Shown: one piece after another, positions 1 through 11,625 of the stretch
How positions within the stretch are numbered: position 1 is the first letter of the stretch
Layout of the letters: each line of letters starts with the position of its first letter
From: the human T2T-CHM13v2.0 reference genome, Homo sapiens
NCBI RefSeq assembly: GCF_009914755.1
Contig: NC_060929.1
Direction: 5' to 3' (one strand)
Length of the DNA: 64,000 nucleotides
The notes under the pieces: generated by a model
The model's database searches: none
Told to the model about the DNA's origin: nothing
Seen by the model: only the letters and a program-made list of their open reading frames with translations
Translations under genes and position numbers: made by a program

Positions 1-615
1 CCCAGCTGTCTGGCACATGCCCAGGATTCAAAGGTTCACCTTCCAAGGGGCAGTTCTGGCTTTCTCAAGCCTTTCTAATTGAGTCAGGTTTGGGAGGAAT
101 TCTAGAGTCTACTCCAGAACTGACAGAAGCAGGTAGCCTCTCTTCCCTAGAAGTAAGTTTCTCTCTTTAAATAGAGGACTCTGAGAAATTGCCCCTAAAA
201 GGAACACCAATGCTGGGGCAAACCCTCTCCTTGGAGGGTCTTGGTTAGTCAGCTAAAATTCTCCCTTTTGAAAAAACAATTGTGAAGCAATCTGCCTCCT
301 AATCCATTCATAAATCAGACACTCAAGTCTTAGAATAATTTCCCCATAATTCATGTTAATCATTCCACTCTCGTAATATGAATCATCTGTTTAATGGAAA
401 ACTTTCACCAAGACGGGCAAGAGCCACTGGATCTTGCTTTAAAAATCTCTTCAGAGCTCAGAAGGTTTTCTATTATTGATAGAAAAGTTACTATATTTTT
501 AACAGGCACTTTAAATATTACTCATGCAATCAAAGCTGTTTTTGTAACTCAACTTACACAGTTTTCAAACATGTATTATGTTTGACCTTATTAAATATTC
601 TGTAGTACCGCTTAC

Positions 616-659
616 ACACAACGACGCACAAAAGTACAGTACCAAAACTTCTGGCAGCA
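616..659 (-). other. Candidate 44-nt cassette exon of an unidentified minus-strand transcript
   Basis: Minus strand reads atttgcttttttccag|TGCTGCC...CGTTGTGT|gtaagc. It has retained CpGs, no stop in any frame, and TGCATG about 90 nt downstream (523-528). Confidence 0.3.
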
Positions 660-1020
660 CTGGAAAAAAGCAAATCCTCATGAATTGCCCAAAAGGGTGC
701 AGCAAAAGCTCTGAGCATGGCATGGACTCCCAACCAGTGCCATGGGAGGCAGGGACAGGGGACAGGTTCCCAGAAGAGCTCTTTGCCCTGAAGTTCAGTG
801 AGCAGGAAACAGACAAAAATCTGGGATTTTTGCACTTTAGTCAAGAATTTCACTGAATCTTCTCCAAGAATACTCCCCCAGTGCTCCAAGAATAAGACAG
901 CACTGTTCAACCTTATTAAGATCCAGGATGTCACATAGGAAACAAGACAATTTTGATGTTTTCAAAATAGAAAATTTGGAGCTGTCTTATCAAAATCTAT
1001 AAAATAGACAATAATACCAA

Positions 1021-1250
1021 AAATAGCTACCATTTACTGAACACTCAGTACCAGGCATTGTGCTAACTAATGTAAAGATAGAAGATCTTGTTTAATCCCC
1101 ACAAAAACCCTAGGAGGCAAGTGTTATCTTCATTTTTCCGACAAGAAAAGACAAACTTGCCTGTGACCACCCCACCAAAAAGTGACAGAGCAGGCTGGGA
1201 GCAGGGGCCTGTTGGACTCCAATATCTGTGCCCTAAATCCTTCCACCAAA
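1021..1250 (-). mobile_element. MIR SINE relic
   Basis: atagctaccatttactgaacac...ccaggcattgtgctaa...tttaatccccacaaaaacccta matches the reverse complement of the MIR consensus. Confidence 0.75.
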
Positions 1251-2879
1251 CTTGCCTAGGAGGTCAAAGCTGGAGTCCTGCCCCACCCCACCCACTATGG
1301 TGTAGGACTACATTCAGGTGAAGTGAGTTAATGCCATTTAACACTAACCAACTGCTTGTCAGAATAGCTTAGCTGCTTCGAATGGGAAGGGCTTTGAGTC
1401 CTGCCAAGATATAAGTGATTAAGTAGGAGTTTAGTCAAAACAGATGCGGCAAGGGAGTCTCTCACCGGCCTTGTGAAAGTCAGAACCAGAGGGAAAAGCA
1501 TGTGGCTCTAAGAGAAGGTGAGAGAAAGAGAACGGGGGATGGATGCTCCAGCTAAGTGTGGACCAGTTGTCAGCAAAACAAGAAAAGTATCAGACCAAGT
1601 AACTGAGAAGAATAACAAACAACTATGGTTGCAATTTTTAAATACAAGGCCTTAGACTGCTTCAATTGCTGAGCCAGAGATGAGGAGACAGAGTGCACTG
1701 TGACAACTGAGTCAAATGGCAGTGATTCCAGTGTTTTTGTTTTGTCAATTCACATGTTCACATATCTTAAAGTACGTGAAGTATCTGGATTACACTTGCT
1801 TTAGATAAGCCCTGGATTCAGGGAACTGAGTGCCTATAGTTCTGCTTTGCCTCCATCAATGGCTTTCCTGCCTAAGCTGATGCCCTTCCTTTGCTACTTG
1901 AAGTGAAACACTGACAATCACCAGGTGGCAACAACTGGTACAAAATGCATGATTGACAAGAAGAGCCCTGGTCTGGACTCTCCGTAAGCCTTTACCATCC
2001 CTGAACAGTCACACCCACCCCTGCAGTCAACATGCCGCAAGAAGCAGCGCTGTTGAGCACTGTGCACGGAAGAATATGAAGTTCAGGTTTACAGAAACCA
2101 AGTCACTGAGTATTTCTAGAGCAGCTCCAGGGGTTCAAGGCCCCAGATAAGGCACCTGGGGGACACTTTCCTGTAAGAAGTTTACAACTTAATGAAAAAA
2201 ATATAAATAACTCAATTTGAGACATGCCTCAGGAACATTAAATTTGAAAGCAGGCATGCAGTGAATAAAGCAAAAGTGCCAACACACATGATCTATATTC
2301 CCCATGGCTATCCCATGTTGAGCCCCTTCTAGCTCCCTGTTTTTCTTTGCCCACACTCTTTAATGCTGACCCACATAAACCACACATCCCAACAAAGCAG
2401 CTCAGGCTAAACAGTTTGGAAATCCCCTGATGCCTCTTCTCTTTCACGTTGGAACCAACACCATTTAGGCACCAACTACCTGCTGATAACTGGGCCAAGT
2501 TCTTGGGATGCTAACATAAAATGGGCATCCCTGCCCCCAAAGTCAGAGGAGCTATTGCTTTGGATGCAGAAAAAGGGCTGTAGCCAAGGCGAGGGCAAAG
2601 GGGGCTCAGGTCCACCTCTAGTTAGGAAACTGCAGTGGAAATATCAGCCCATATGCTCTCCACACCAGGCTTCCTCACCCCACTTATACTATCCAACCGC
2701 CCCCAAAAGGCAGTTTCACTATCACATGACCCTCTCTTCAAAGCAGTTTCCATTAGATTAACCCTGATCCTAGAAGACACACTCACTAGCCCAAATTAAT
2801 CCAACCACATTCCCCCTCAAACATCTGTACCTAACAGTCACAAAGATTGTGGTCAGCTAATTATGGCTTTTGAACCAGA

Positions 2880-3260
2880 TGATGTTGAGCCAGAGCTGGG
2901 AGAGTTGTTTCCAGGCATGAACATATGAAAAAACAGCCAGGGAAATCCAGTTTACTTAGTGAAGCAGAATAACCCAAGTGGACAAAAGACATGGGGAGGA
3001 GGGTTACAAGTTAAGGTACAATGACAACTGGACCATGCCACACAGAAAGGGAGCACAGGGTCCTGAGAGGGAACAATGGGCACCTGTGACCTGCTTTGGG
3101 GGTCTGGAAAGGTTTCCACAAGCAAGTGAGACCTGGAGGCAGAATGGGAGCTAACTAGGCAGCAATGGGAGAGGCTGATCCAGGTAGGGAGGAGGGCATA
3201 TGCAAAGGCCCTGTGCAGCCCCAAATACAGCCAGCTAGGCTAGAGGACAGTGTGCATGGG
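2880..3260 (-). mobile_element. L2 LINE fragments
   Basis: Contains ggaaaggtttcc...gcatatgcaaaggccctg motifs typical of the antisense L2 3' region. Confidence 0.55.
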
Positions 3261-4291
3261 GGACACACGCAGCATTTCACACACAGCTTCAAGGCATCTT
3301 CAGATTGCTAGAAACCTATCCTGGATCCAGGTTTAGAACCCCTGTCATTATGCGGCCCTTCCTCCCAGGAAGTGTCTTGGGCTGGCTTTTGTCTGGGGCT
3401 GCTGGCCCTGTGCCTCCCTCTCCCTTCCCCACAGCCCTGTCCCCACTGCTTCCACATCTCCCATGTGTCTCCCTTCACCACTGCACACAGGACTGTGTGT
3501 TCCAGAGGAACATGTGGTCCGCTCCCTTATTAATCTTGCTGTATCTTATTAAAATGGCCTCATGCCTGCCTGGTATTAATCTGCACAGAGCAGCGGGGTT
3601 CGTGCAGCAAGCTGCAGCTAGGCAAGCTGTATTTCATTTCTTTTGTGTTGAAGGAATGACCTAGATGCTGCTCTGTACAACAGACTCACACTTGCAGGCT
3701 TTAACTCGTTCTTTCCCATCCGGCCTGGTGCTCAGATGGAAGCAGAGGTTTGGACTCCTACCATGGTGGTGTCAGTTGAGCTGACAAGTAGGCTGAGTTG
3801 GACCCATGTGGGAAAGAACAGCTTGAGACCCTTCAGAGCTGCTCCTGATGACAAAGGCAATGCTCCTTGATGGGTGGGTGGGTGTCTGGACAGCAGAGGA
3901 AACTTCTCTGGGAATCCTTATTTATGCAAATTCATACACAAGACATGAGTGAAAGGAGAAGTTGAGTGACTTGTGGCTTCCTCCATCTATCTACCTCTTT
4001 CCTTGGTTGGTTTCCATCCCGGGCTGTCATATTCATTCATTCACTGTGCTGTTATCTATTCAATGTCTACTCTACACATGGCTTTGCAAGGGACCCAAAA
4101 ATAATGACAGGGCTGTAAGAGATCCTCCTGAGGAGAACATATATAAGCAAAACCCCAACAGGCAATATCCACACAGGGGTCGAGAAGTGCCAGGGAGACA
4201 AGCTGTTATCCCCAGATTGACCTGGGTGTGCCACTTACTAACTGGGAGCTTATATAAGCTTCCCAAAGTTGTGAACTAGAACTAGGACCAC

Positions 4292-4664
4292 TGTCTTAGC
4301 TCGGGTTTCCGTAACAAAATACATTAGAGTGAGTGGCCTAAACAACAGGAATTTACTTCTCACAGTTCTAGAGGCTGCAAGTCTAAGATCAAGGTGCTGG
4401 CCAATTCAGTTCCATGGTGAAGGCCCTCTTCCTGGCTTGCAGATGGCTGCCTCCTGGCTGTACCCTCATATGGCCAAGAGAGAGAGGAAGCAAGGTCTCT
4501 GATGTCTCTGCTTATAAGGACACTAATCCCATCATGAAGTCTACACCCCCATGACCTAATCAAAACCTAATCACCTCCCAAAGGCCCCATCTCCAAATAC
4601 CATCACACTGGGGGTCAGAGCTTCAACAAAGGAACTTCGGAGGAACACAATTCTATCCATAGCA
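4292..4664 (-). mobile_element. MLT1A/MLT1A0 solo LTR (ERVL-MaLR)
   Basis: TG...CA termini (tgtcttag...ccatagca), MLT1A-type body, and a perfect 5-bp TSD ACCAC at 4287-4291 and 4665-4669. Confidence 0.92.
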
Positions 4665-4881
4665 ACCACCAACCCCACAGGATGAGTGCCGTGATTTACT
4701 GGGATCCCACAGGTACACCTCCTTATAAGAATAAGCCTAGCTGGCCCGCTTATTCTGGTAGCGAGTGATGCAAGGATGGTGCCTAGGGTGAATGTAGGTA
4801 GAATTCGTCTCCTAGGACCTAGGCTGCCTCTCAGCACACTCAGGACCAACCGATTCTGCACCCTTCTCACCCGCTGCCTAC

Positions 4882-4943
4882 CTCTGCCGAGCCAGAGCAT
4901 GACTCGGAATTGAACTTTTTCCCTCCAGGGGTATGAAAGGAAA
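4882..4943 (-). other. Candidate 62-nt internal exon (73 nt with the alternative donor at 4870)
   Basis: catctcttgtgttttcag|TTTCC...GCAGAG|gtaggc, open in all three frames (e.g. SFHTPGGKKFNSESCSGSAE), inside a locally CpG-enriched non-repeat block. Confidence 0.4.
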
Positions 4944-5869
4944 CTGAAAACACAAGAGATGTGATTACATGCTGAGCTGGTCATCATGCCATGATCAGAC
5001 AGTCACACGCCGACCGAGTCCGGTGATTTTCCACCTCTTAATCACGTCCCTGCCAGATTTAAAATGCAATGAACATCAATGAGAATAAATGCTAATAAGG
5101 CTCTAACAGGCATTGGATGTCAAGAGGTGAGGAATAAACCTTGCATATTTTGACTGAAAGGGGTTCAAAGAGGAAATAACTGGATACTAAATAGAATTCT
5201 TCTATTCAAGAGAAAGGCTCCTTGAAAGGCAGCTGCTCCAATGAGTGACACTCGCTCATTAAAGAATGCATCATTCAATGTCCTGCGGCAACAGAAACAC
5301 CCAACCCAGTGACACATATCTTTCCTGGAATTTAGCTAATGTGGTAAAGTCACCAGCAAATTTATATCAGGCCTAAATGAAAAAGAAGATCCTTTTCTGA
5401 CACATGCAATCATTAGAGTTTTAGCTGTACTGAGATTTCTCTAAGAAAACACTGTGGCTTTGGAAATGTTATATCACATGCCTCCTTTAAGCAGCGTTGG
5501 CAAAGTTAATGCATTTGTCAAGCATCTCTGCCTCTCCAGGGTCTTGGGAAAGCCTCTGGGGTGAATGGGCCTCAGGTCCATGAATGCATCGTATAAAATC
5601 TGCCTGTCTGACACAAAGGGACAGCCTGAGACCAGGGCTGTGCTGCTCTCACAGCTGGTCACAGTAGCTGGCCATGCCTGTCAATGGCCACCATGTACTG
5701 CACTCTGGTTCCAGAACCCAGTTCAGCCCTGGCCTGAGGACTCAGCCATTTTCTGGGCTTATGCCTTCAGGCTTACACCCTCTCCAGTGTCTCAGACATT
5801 CTGAAATACCCAGTGTGCTGCATAAGGTTTCCTGATTAAAAGAGACTCACTTTTTGAGTTCTAAGGAGG

Positions 5870-6105
5870 CAGAATGAATAGTGCCACAACTTGAGAATCA
5901 GACTGACCTAGATTCAAGGCTCAGCTCCCTCACGTCCTGGCTGCAAGATGTTACTTATGCTAAGTTCTGCTTCCCTCCACTTAAACTGGTGGGGCCAGCA
6001 CTTGCCTTGGAGGGCTACTGTGAGCATTAAATAAAGAAATACATGAGAAGCACTTAGCATAGTGCTAGGCATATGGTAAGCACTTCCCAAAGGTTAGCTA
6101 TTTAT
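5870..6105 (+). mobile_element. MIR SINE relic
   Basis: tgtgagcattaaataaag...gcacttagcatagtgctaggcatatggtaagcact is the MIR core and 3' end. Confidence 0.8.
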
Positions 6106-6424
6106 AACTGGCTTCATGAAAACCTGATTTTTCACTCCATTGCAAGAGTCAAAGTAGCTTGGTAAATAAATAAGCCTCTGGGGATTCTACAAAGCAGTTT
6201 GCAGTGAGCAGCCATCCCTTTAGGTAACAGGATTTACCATGAACTGCATACACAGCCTTCCATTACCAATACAAATGAGGAGCCAAGGGGATGAGGATTA
6301 CTTATAACACCAGAGAGCCCCAAATCATAAACAACCTCCTAAGAAGTTGATAAGTTTACCTCAAACCACAATCCAGATGTCTCCACCCCCAACTTTCTCC
6401 TCTTAGCTTAGGTTTCCACCCTGG

Positions 6425-7000
6425 ATGATAAGATGATGATGACGATAATGTCAATGATGATCATCTGAGGCTTTGTAAATACTTACTATATGCCGAGTAC
6501 CAAACTAAACACCATTCATCTATTCACCCATTTAACCCTCACAGCAACCCATGAAGAAGGAAGGGGCTGTTACTATCCTCAGGTGAGATCAGCACTATCC
6601 AATAGAAATATAACGTCAACCACAAATGTGAACCACATATATAATTTGAATTTCTGGCGGTCACACTAAAAAGCAAAAACAGGGAACATTCATTCTAATA
6701 TTTTATTTAACCCAACATATCCAAACTATCATTTCAACATGCCATCAATATTTTAAAATATTAATGATCTTTCATCCTAAGGCATTGAAATCTTGGTGTT
6801 TTATACTCCCAGCACGTCCCACTGTGAGCTAGCCTAGTTTCAGCTGCTGAGTAGCCACATGAGCCTGGTGGTTACTGTACTGGACTGTGTAGGTCTAAAG
6901 AATGATAAAACAGGAAGAAACTTCATCAGTTCCTCATGTGGACCCAAACAGTCTGTGTCCACAGCCAAGCTCCTAACTACTGTGCTCTTCAGTGTCTCAT
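6425..7000 (-). mobile_element. MIR relic interrupted by MER33
   Basis: acttactatatgccgag...atttaaccctcacagcaacccatga lies before MER33, with a degraded MIR head after it. Confidence 0.6.
6590..6892 (+). mobile_element. MER33 (hAT-Charlie MITE)
   Basis: cagcactatccaatagaaatataa...gtagccacatgagcctggtggttactgtactggactgtgtag matches MER33 end to end. Confidence 0.85.
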
Positions 7001-7631
7001 TTGCTGAATCCACTGAACCCCACATTCTGCCAACCAATACCCTCCCTGAGCAATAGAAGCTTGATCTTTCCTTATAAGGATTGGATGCAAACCCCTTCCT
7101 GCATGCTGAGGGAAAGTGTAAGGAGACACCTGCACTGTAACTTTTAAAGAAAATATCTTGACAAGGCACCATCACTAAAACTTGCTAAAAACGACCCCAG
7201 GGTAAGAAACAGCTAAGAGGAGACAAGCACTTTTTCAACAGCACCCAACTGATGTCAGAGGGTAATTCCAAAACTGTCACACACAAAAAATGGTCTAGCA
7301 CTGTGTCAGAAATTCCAAGAAAGGGTAAAGAGAGTGTTAAAGAGATTAGATACAATTAGGTAAGGATTCCAGTGTAAAATACCAGAAGATGACAATGCTA
7401 AGCACAGAAAAATATGGAATAGAAGAGGAGCTAATACATACTTAAGTGGGAATGGGTACACACACTTAATGGAGATAAAGAAAGGACAAGCACCAGGCAA
7501 AAAAAGCCTGGAGGTGAGCGGCCACTCTCCGCCTGCATCTCATCTCATAAATCTTCAGTTCTTCCTCCAAGGATGTAGAAATGATAGCAGAGAGGAACTC
7601 TTTGCAGCTACAGTTTGTGGTATGATGACAT

Positions 7632-7908
7632 TGCTATGGTTTGAATGTGTCCACCCTCATGAATGGATTAATGCCAATTCTAAAAAGGCTTGAGGCTGTG
7701 AGTTCCCTCTCTTGTTCTCTCTGTGTATGCTCTCTTGCCCTTCCACCTTCCACCATGTGATGATGCAGCAGGAAGTCCCTCACCACATTTAGGCCCCTGG
7801 ATCTTGGACTTCCCAACCTTCAGAACTTTGAGCCATATGAGTTTCTATTCATTGTAAATTACCCAGTCTCAAGTATTCTGTTATAGCAGCACAAAACATA
7901 CTAAGACA
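7632..7908 (+). mobile_element. MST-family (MSTC/MSTD-like) solo LTR with an internal deletion
   Basis: tgctatggtttgaatgtgtcc...tattctgttatagcagcacaaaacatactaagaca. About 90 bp of the 5' part is missing relative to the recalled consensus. Confidence 0.85.
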
Positions 7909-8474
7909 GGCCTAATGCTAATTACCTGCTACCAACTGTACTGTGAGTAAAAGTGCATTTAAAAATCAAAATGGCTTGAAAAGCCTCCATAAGATTAACA
8001 TGATCAACAGGGAGTTTCCTACTGAGAATACCTAGAGTTTAAAAAGAAGATGAAAATCCCCAAGCATGAACCATCATTGCCCTAAGCACAGGACTGATTC
8101 AAGACCTCTGTCAGACAAGGGTGGGTTTCACCTCCTGCCCCACCAATTCCCCTGCAGCATCCCTGTAGAAGGATCCAGGACAGGAATATCTGCCCAATGC
8201 CTGCAGAATCCTGGTGAAGGGCCAAGATGGAAGTCCATCGCCAAGTCCTCTGCCCTGCCAGACTGGGGGCAGCCAAGACCTGGACCTATGCAGGTGAGGG
8301 TCCTGAATGACCCCACCTGGACGGCAGGTGGCACATCCCATGTGTACTCGGCAGCATGCTGGGCTCATTATCACAGGTACATATAAACACTGAGCTCAAG
8401 GTAAAATCCCTCTCTCTCATCCCATCCTTTCAGGAAGGGTCTCCCCTCCAACTCTTGCACAGGAGGACAGTTAC

Positions 8475-8826
8475 CAGCAGGAGCTCAGAATCAAACAGAC
8501 CTGGCTCAGCGTCTTACTAGCAGTGTGATGTTGGGTGGGTCATTTAACTGGTCTGAGCCCCAAATTCTTCTTCTTTAATAGAAAGAATCATTCATTCATT
8601 TTACACATTTATGGAGCCCACACTGTTTTAGCTTCTGGGGATACAACAGTTAAGAAAAGAAAAGAAAATCTCTGCCTCATGGAATTTAATTCTAGTTAAA
8701 ATGGGGAGATGCCCAGTGGGCAGATCAACACATGTAACTGTACCTATCTCATAGGACTGTCGGGAAGATTAAATAACACATCTAATGGAGATTGCATGCA
8801 CTAAATAATTGTCGCCTATTGTTATT
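8475..8826 (+). mobile_element. MIR interrupted by an antisense L2 3' end (~8588-8738)
   Basis: MIR head, then cattcattcatt...ctggggatacaacag...ctctgcctcatggaattta (L2, minus), then MIR resumes at gtacctatctcataggactg. Confidence 0.7.
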
Positions 8827-9379
8827 ACAAACAGTTATAATAGTAATAACTAATCCTTCCAGCAACACATGGGCCTGGGTCTGGGCCTGGCTCCAAAAGA
8901 CCAATTTGGCTGGAAGCCAGGGTAGAATAAAAGCCTGAAAGTAGCTCCATTCTTCACATCATAACCTCTTTCTGGATTCACGCCACAAGGACATCCTGTC
9001 ACAAAGATGAAGCCCCAGGCAGTCTTTATTTAGCAGACTCAATAATCCCAACAAGCCCAGGTACATAGTGAAAAATGGGTATGAGAACTAGAGCTCTAGG
9101 AGGTCCAGTTCCACTCATCAAGAGAGTGTCAGCCTTCTGCCATTCCCATGATGAGCGATGCACCTGCTGACCACAGGTTCCTGCACTAGCAGGGAGGAGG
9201 GCCTCAGAGGCACTCCAACACGCTGTGGCATGTCACATCTTCACGGACTGGAGGGACAGTGAGGGCTGTGATTCTGCTACTGCCATGAATCCATGGCTTT
9301 CTGATGGTGCCCCAGGGAGTGCTAGGGCTCTGCAGAAAATGACACTGACTACAGTGATGACAGCAGCGCTCACCACACC

Positions 9380-9620
9380 ATTTATGACACCCTTGCTGAG
9401 GGGAACACAGCATGCAGTGCTTTCCTTGCACTGCATTTCTTAATGCTTTCTAGAACCCTGCAATGTAAGGATTTTTTTTTCTTTTTTTAAAATCTCCATC
9501 TCACAGATAAGGAAAGTGAGGTTAAGTAATTTTTCCAAGAATGTACAGCAAGGAGAAATTAGGCAGGCAGGCAATCCAACTCCAGAAGCCAGGTCTGAAC
9601 CAACAAGCTAAACTGCTTCA
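9380..9620 (-). mobile_element. MIR relic
   Basis: ccatctcacagataaggaaagtgaggttaagtaatttttccaag is the MIR core. Confidence 0.7.
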
Positions 9621-9879
9621 CCTAATGGCCATCCTATAGGGATAAGAGAAAGCAAAGAGGCTGGGGGCTCCAAGCCACTCTCCCCCATCTCAGTTGCAGC
9701 CGTTCACATTTTATCTGTTTCCTATGAATGGACTCTATATGAAATTTCCTTTGGAAAAAAAGAAAGATCCACTGCTAATTTTTAAAAAAATCATTGGAAT
9801 AAACGATGGCCAACATCAAAAGATGGTTTTTGATAAGCCAAGCTTTAAAAAAAAAGTCAAGAAGTAACAAGAAGTAAAA

Positions 9880-10305
9880 TATCCAATCAACAGAACAGAT
9901 AAACTGTAGTAATAAACTCACAAAAAGGAATAAAACACAGCAATGACAAACAACGACTTCTAGACACAACACCATGGTAATCCCATAGACATAATGAGTG
10001 AAAGAAGGCAGATACAGAAGAATATATACTGGATGAATTCACTTTATATCAAATTCAAAAACAGGCAAAATGAACAGTTGGTGATAAGTTAGAACTGTCA
10101 TTACCCTTGGGAAGGGAGCACTGTCTGGGAAGGGCACTAGAGGGCCTTTGGAAGTGCTGGAAGTGCTTTATATCTTCATCTGGATAAGGTGATAAGGTTA
10201 CAAATGAGTATTTAGAGGTAAACATTTACTGAGATGTAAAATTAAGATCTGTGCACTTTTTCTGTACGTGTATTATACCTCAATAGAAATGTAAAATAAA
10301 AACTC
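9880..10305 (+). mobile_element. Old L1 (L1ME-type) 3' UTR fragment
   Basis: tgagtgaaagaaggcagatacagaagaatatatactg...tcaaaaacaggcaaaa...tattatacctcaata followed by an A-rich tail. Confidence 0.8.
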
Positions 10306-10879
10306 AAAAATATCTCAGTAAATTATTTAATCCAGGATTCTACTGTTAGGTAAGAATAAGGCCAGACTCATTTAAGAAAGAGCAATTGTGTCTCCTCCTT
10401 GTAAAAAACTAAAAATAAGAATTTTTTTAACTCCAAAACAGAAATTCAGCATCAACAATAAAACACTTGAGCAACAGAACCGGCTAATGGGAGCTTTGTG
10501 CTCCAAGTCTGCACAGGCTACGCGTGACCTCCAGCTACCCCAGTCCACCCTGCTGGGGAGATCCACAGCTTGATTCTCAGAAGACGTGTCTGCAGAGAAC
10601 AAAGTCCACGCCTGCCACTTCAAAGGGGCTTAGAAGAATGCTCCCTTCCTCTGCGCCTAGGAGCATCAGGCCTTTTAAGAAGGCACCATGAGAAACTCAA
10701 AAGCACTGAATGCAATAAAACTGTTGCTGGCTATCTCAACAACCAAGTACATGAAGTAAAATGGGCATACATGACAAAAGGAAGCCAACAGCCCACCAGG
10801 CTTTCACCACACAGTAGACAACCGCAGGCATGCTTGCCTCTAATTATTTCCAGGTCTGGGGACAGGTAGGGCCTAGAAT

Positions 10880-11100
10880 AAAAGCCCCGGGATCCGCCCA
10901 GTTACACTCCCAGAAAGCAACCCAGAGCCCTGGGTCTTTCTAGTTCCAAGAAGAGAGCAGCACAAGCACCTCTTGCCACCTACCACCCTCCTCCTGCAGA
11001 CAGCACCGGCTGCCCCGCCCTCTTGTGCTACCCTGCCTATTAAAAGGGAAGCCGGCCTGCCAAGAATCACAGGCTAAGTGCGCTGGGCTTTGCTCAGTGT
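10880..11100 (+). promoter_or_regulatory. Candidate promoter/enhancer with GC boxes and a TATA/MEF2-like box
   Basis: ccgccc (~10894), ccccgccc (~11013) and ctattaaaag (11037-11046), with local CpG retention in non-repeat DNA. Confidence 0.3.
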
Positions 11101-11494
11101 CAATGTGAGTGGTTTTGATGCAAGAGGCAAAGGAGTAATGAGAGTCACTTGGTTTGATCACAATTGCACTCTGATTTGAAATGCAGTTCAGCAATTACAA
11201 GGTCCTCAGCCGTAGAGCTCCCCAGGGATGGGGGCAGAGGGGGGCCTTTTAAAAGGGAAATTATATCCACCATACAAAGGTTTCACTTTTTAGCTCCTTG
11301 TAGAAGATTCTTTTTCATGAAAAACCCCTTCTGGAGCTGAGGGAAAAGAATAAGCCTTATGGGAAAAGTAACTCCTGGACTTATCTTATTTTCAGGCTCT
11401 TGTTTTTTTTCTCTTCATGCCAGTTTCTTCTTTAAATACTGCTGTATACTGACTCTCTGCAAGCTGTCTCCAACCTTTGTCTATATAGATGCAT

Positions 11495-11625
11495 AGAAAA
11501 AAAGATTAGAAGGTCAACAACAAAATATTAACAGCTGTTAAGTATGAGTGGAAGGACCATGGGTGACTTGTGCCTTCTTTTTGTGTACCAATATGTTAAA
11601 ATAGTACATTAAGAATTTTACTGGT
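11495..11625 (+). mobile_element. Very old L1 (L1ME4-like) 3' fragment
   Basis: ggaag/caaaatattaacag...gggtgactt pattern of L1ME4 3' ends. Confidence 0.45.

Noticed and set aside
9412-9444. Perfect 9-bp hairpin (atgcagtgc/gcactgcat) followed by T-rich bases, terminator-like
   Set aside because: The context is eukaryotic and lies in a decayed MIR, and a single short stem like this can arise by chance in 64 kb.
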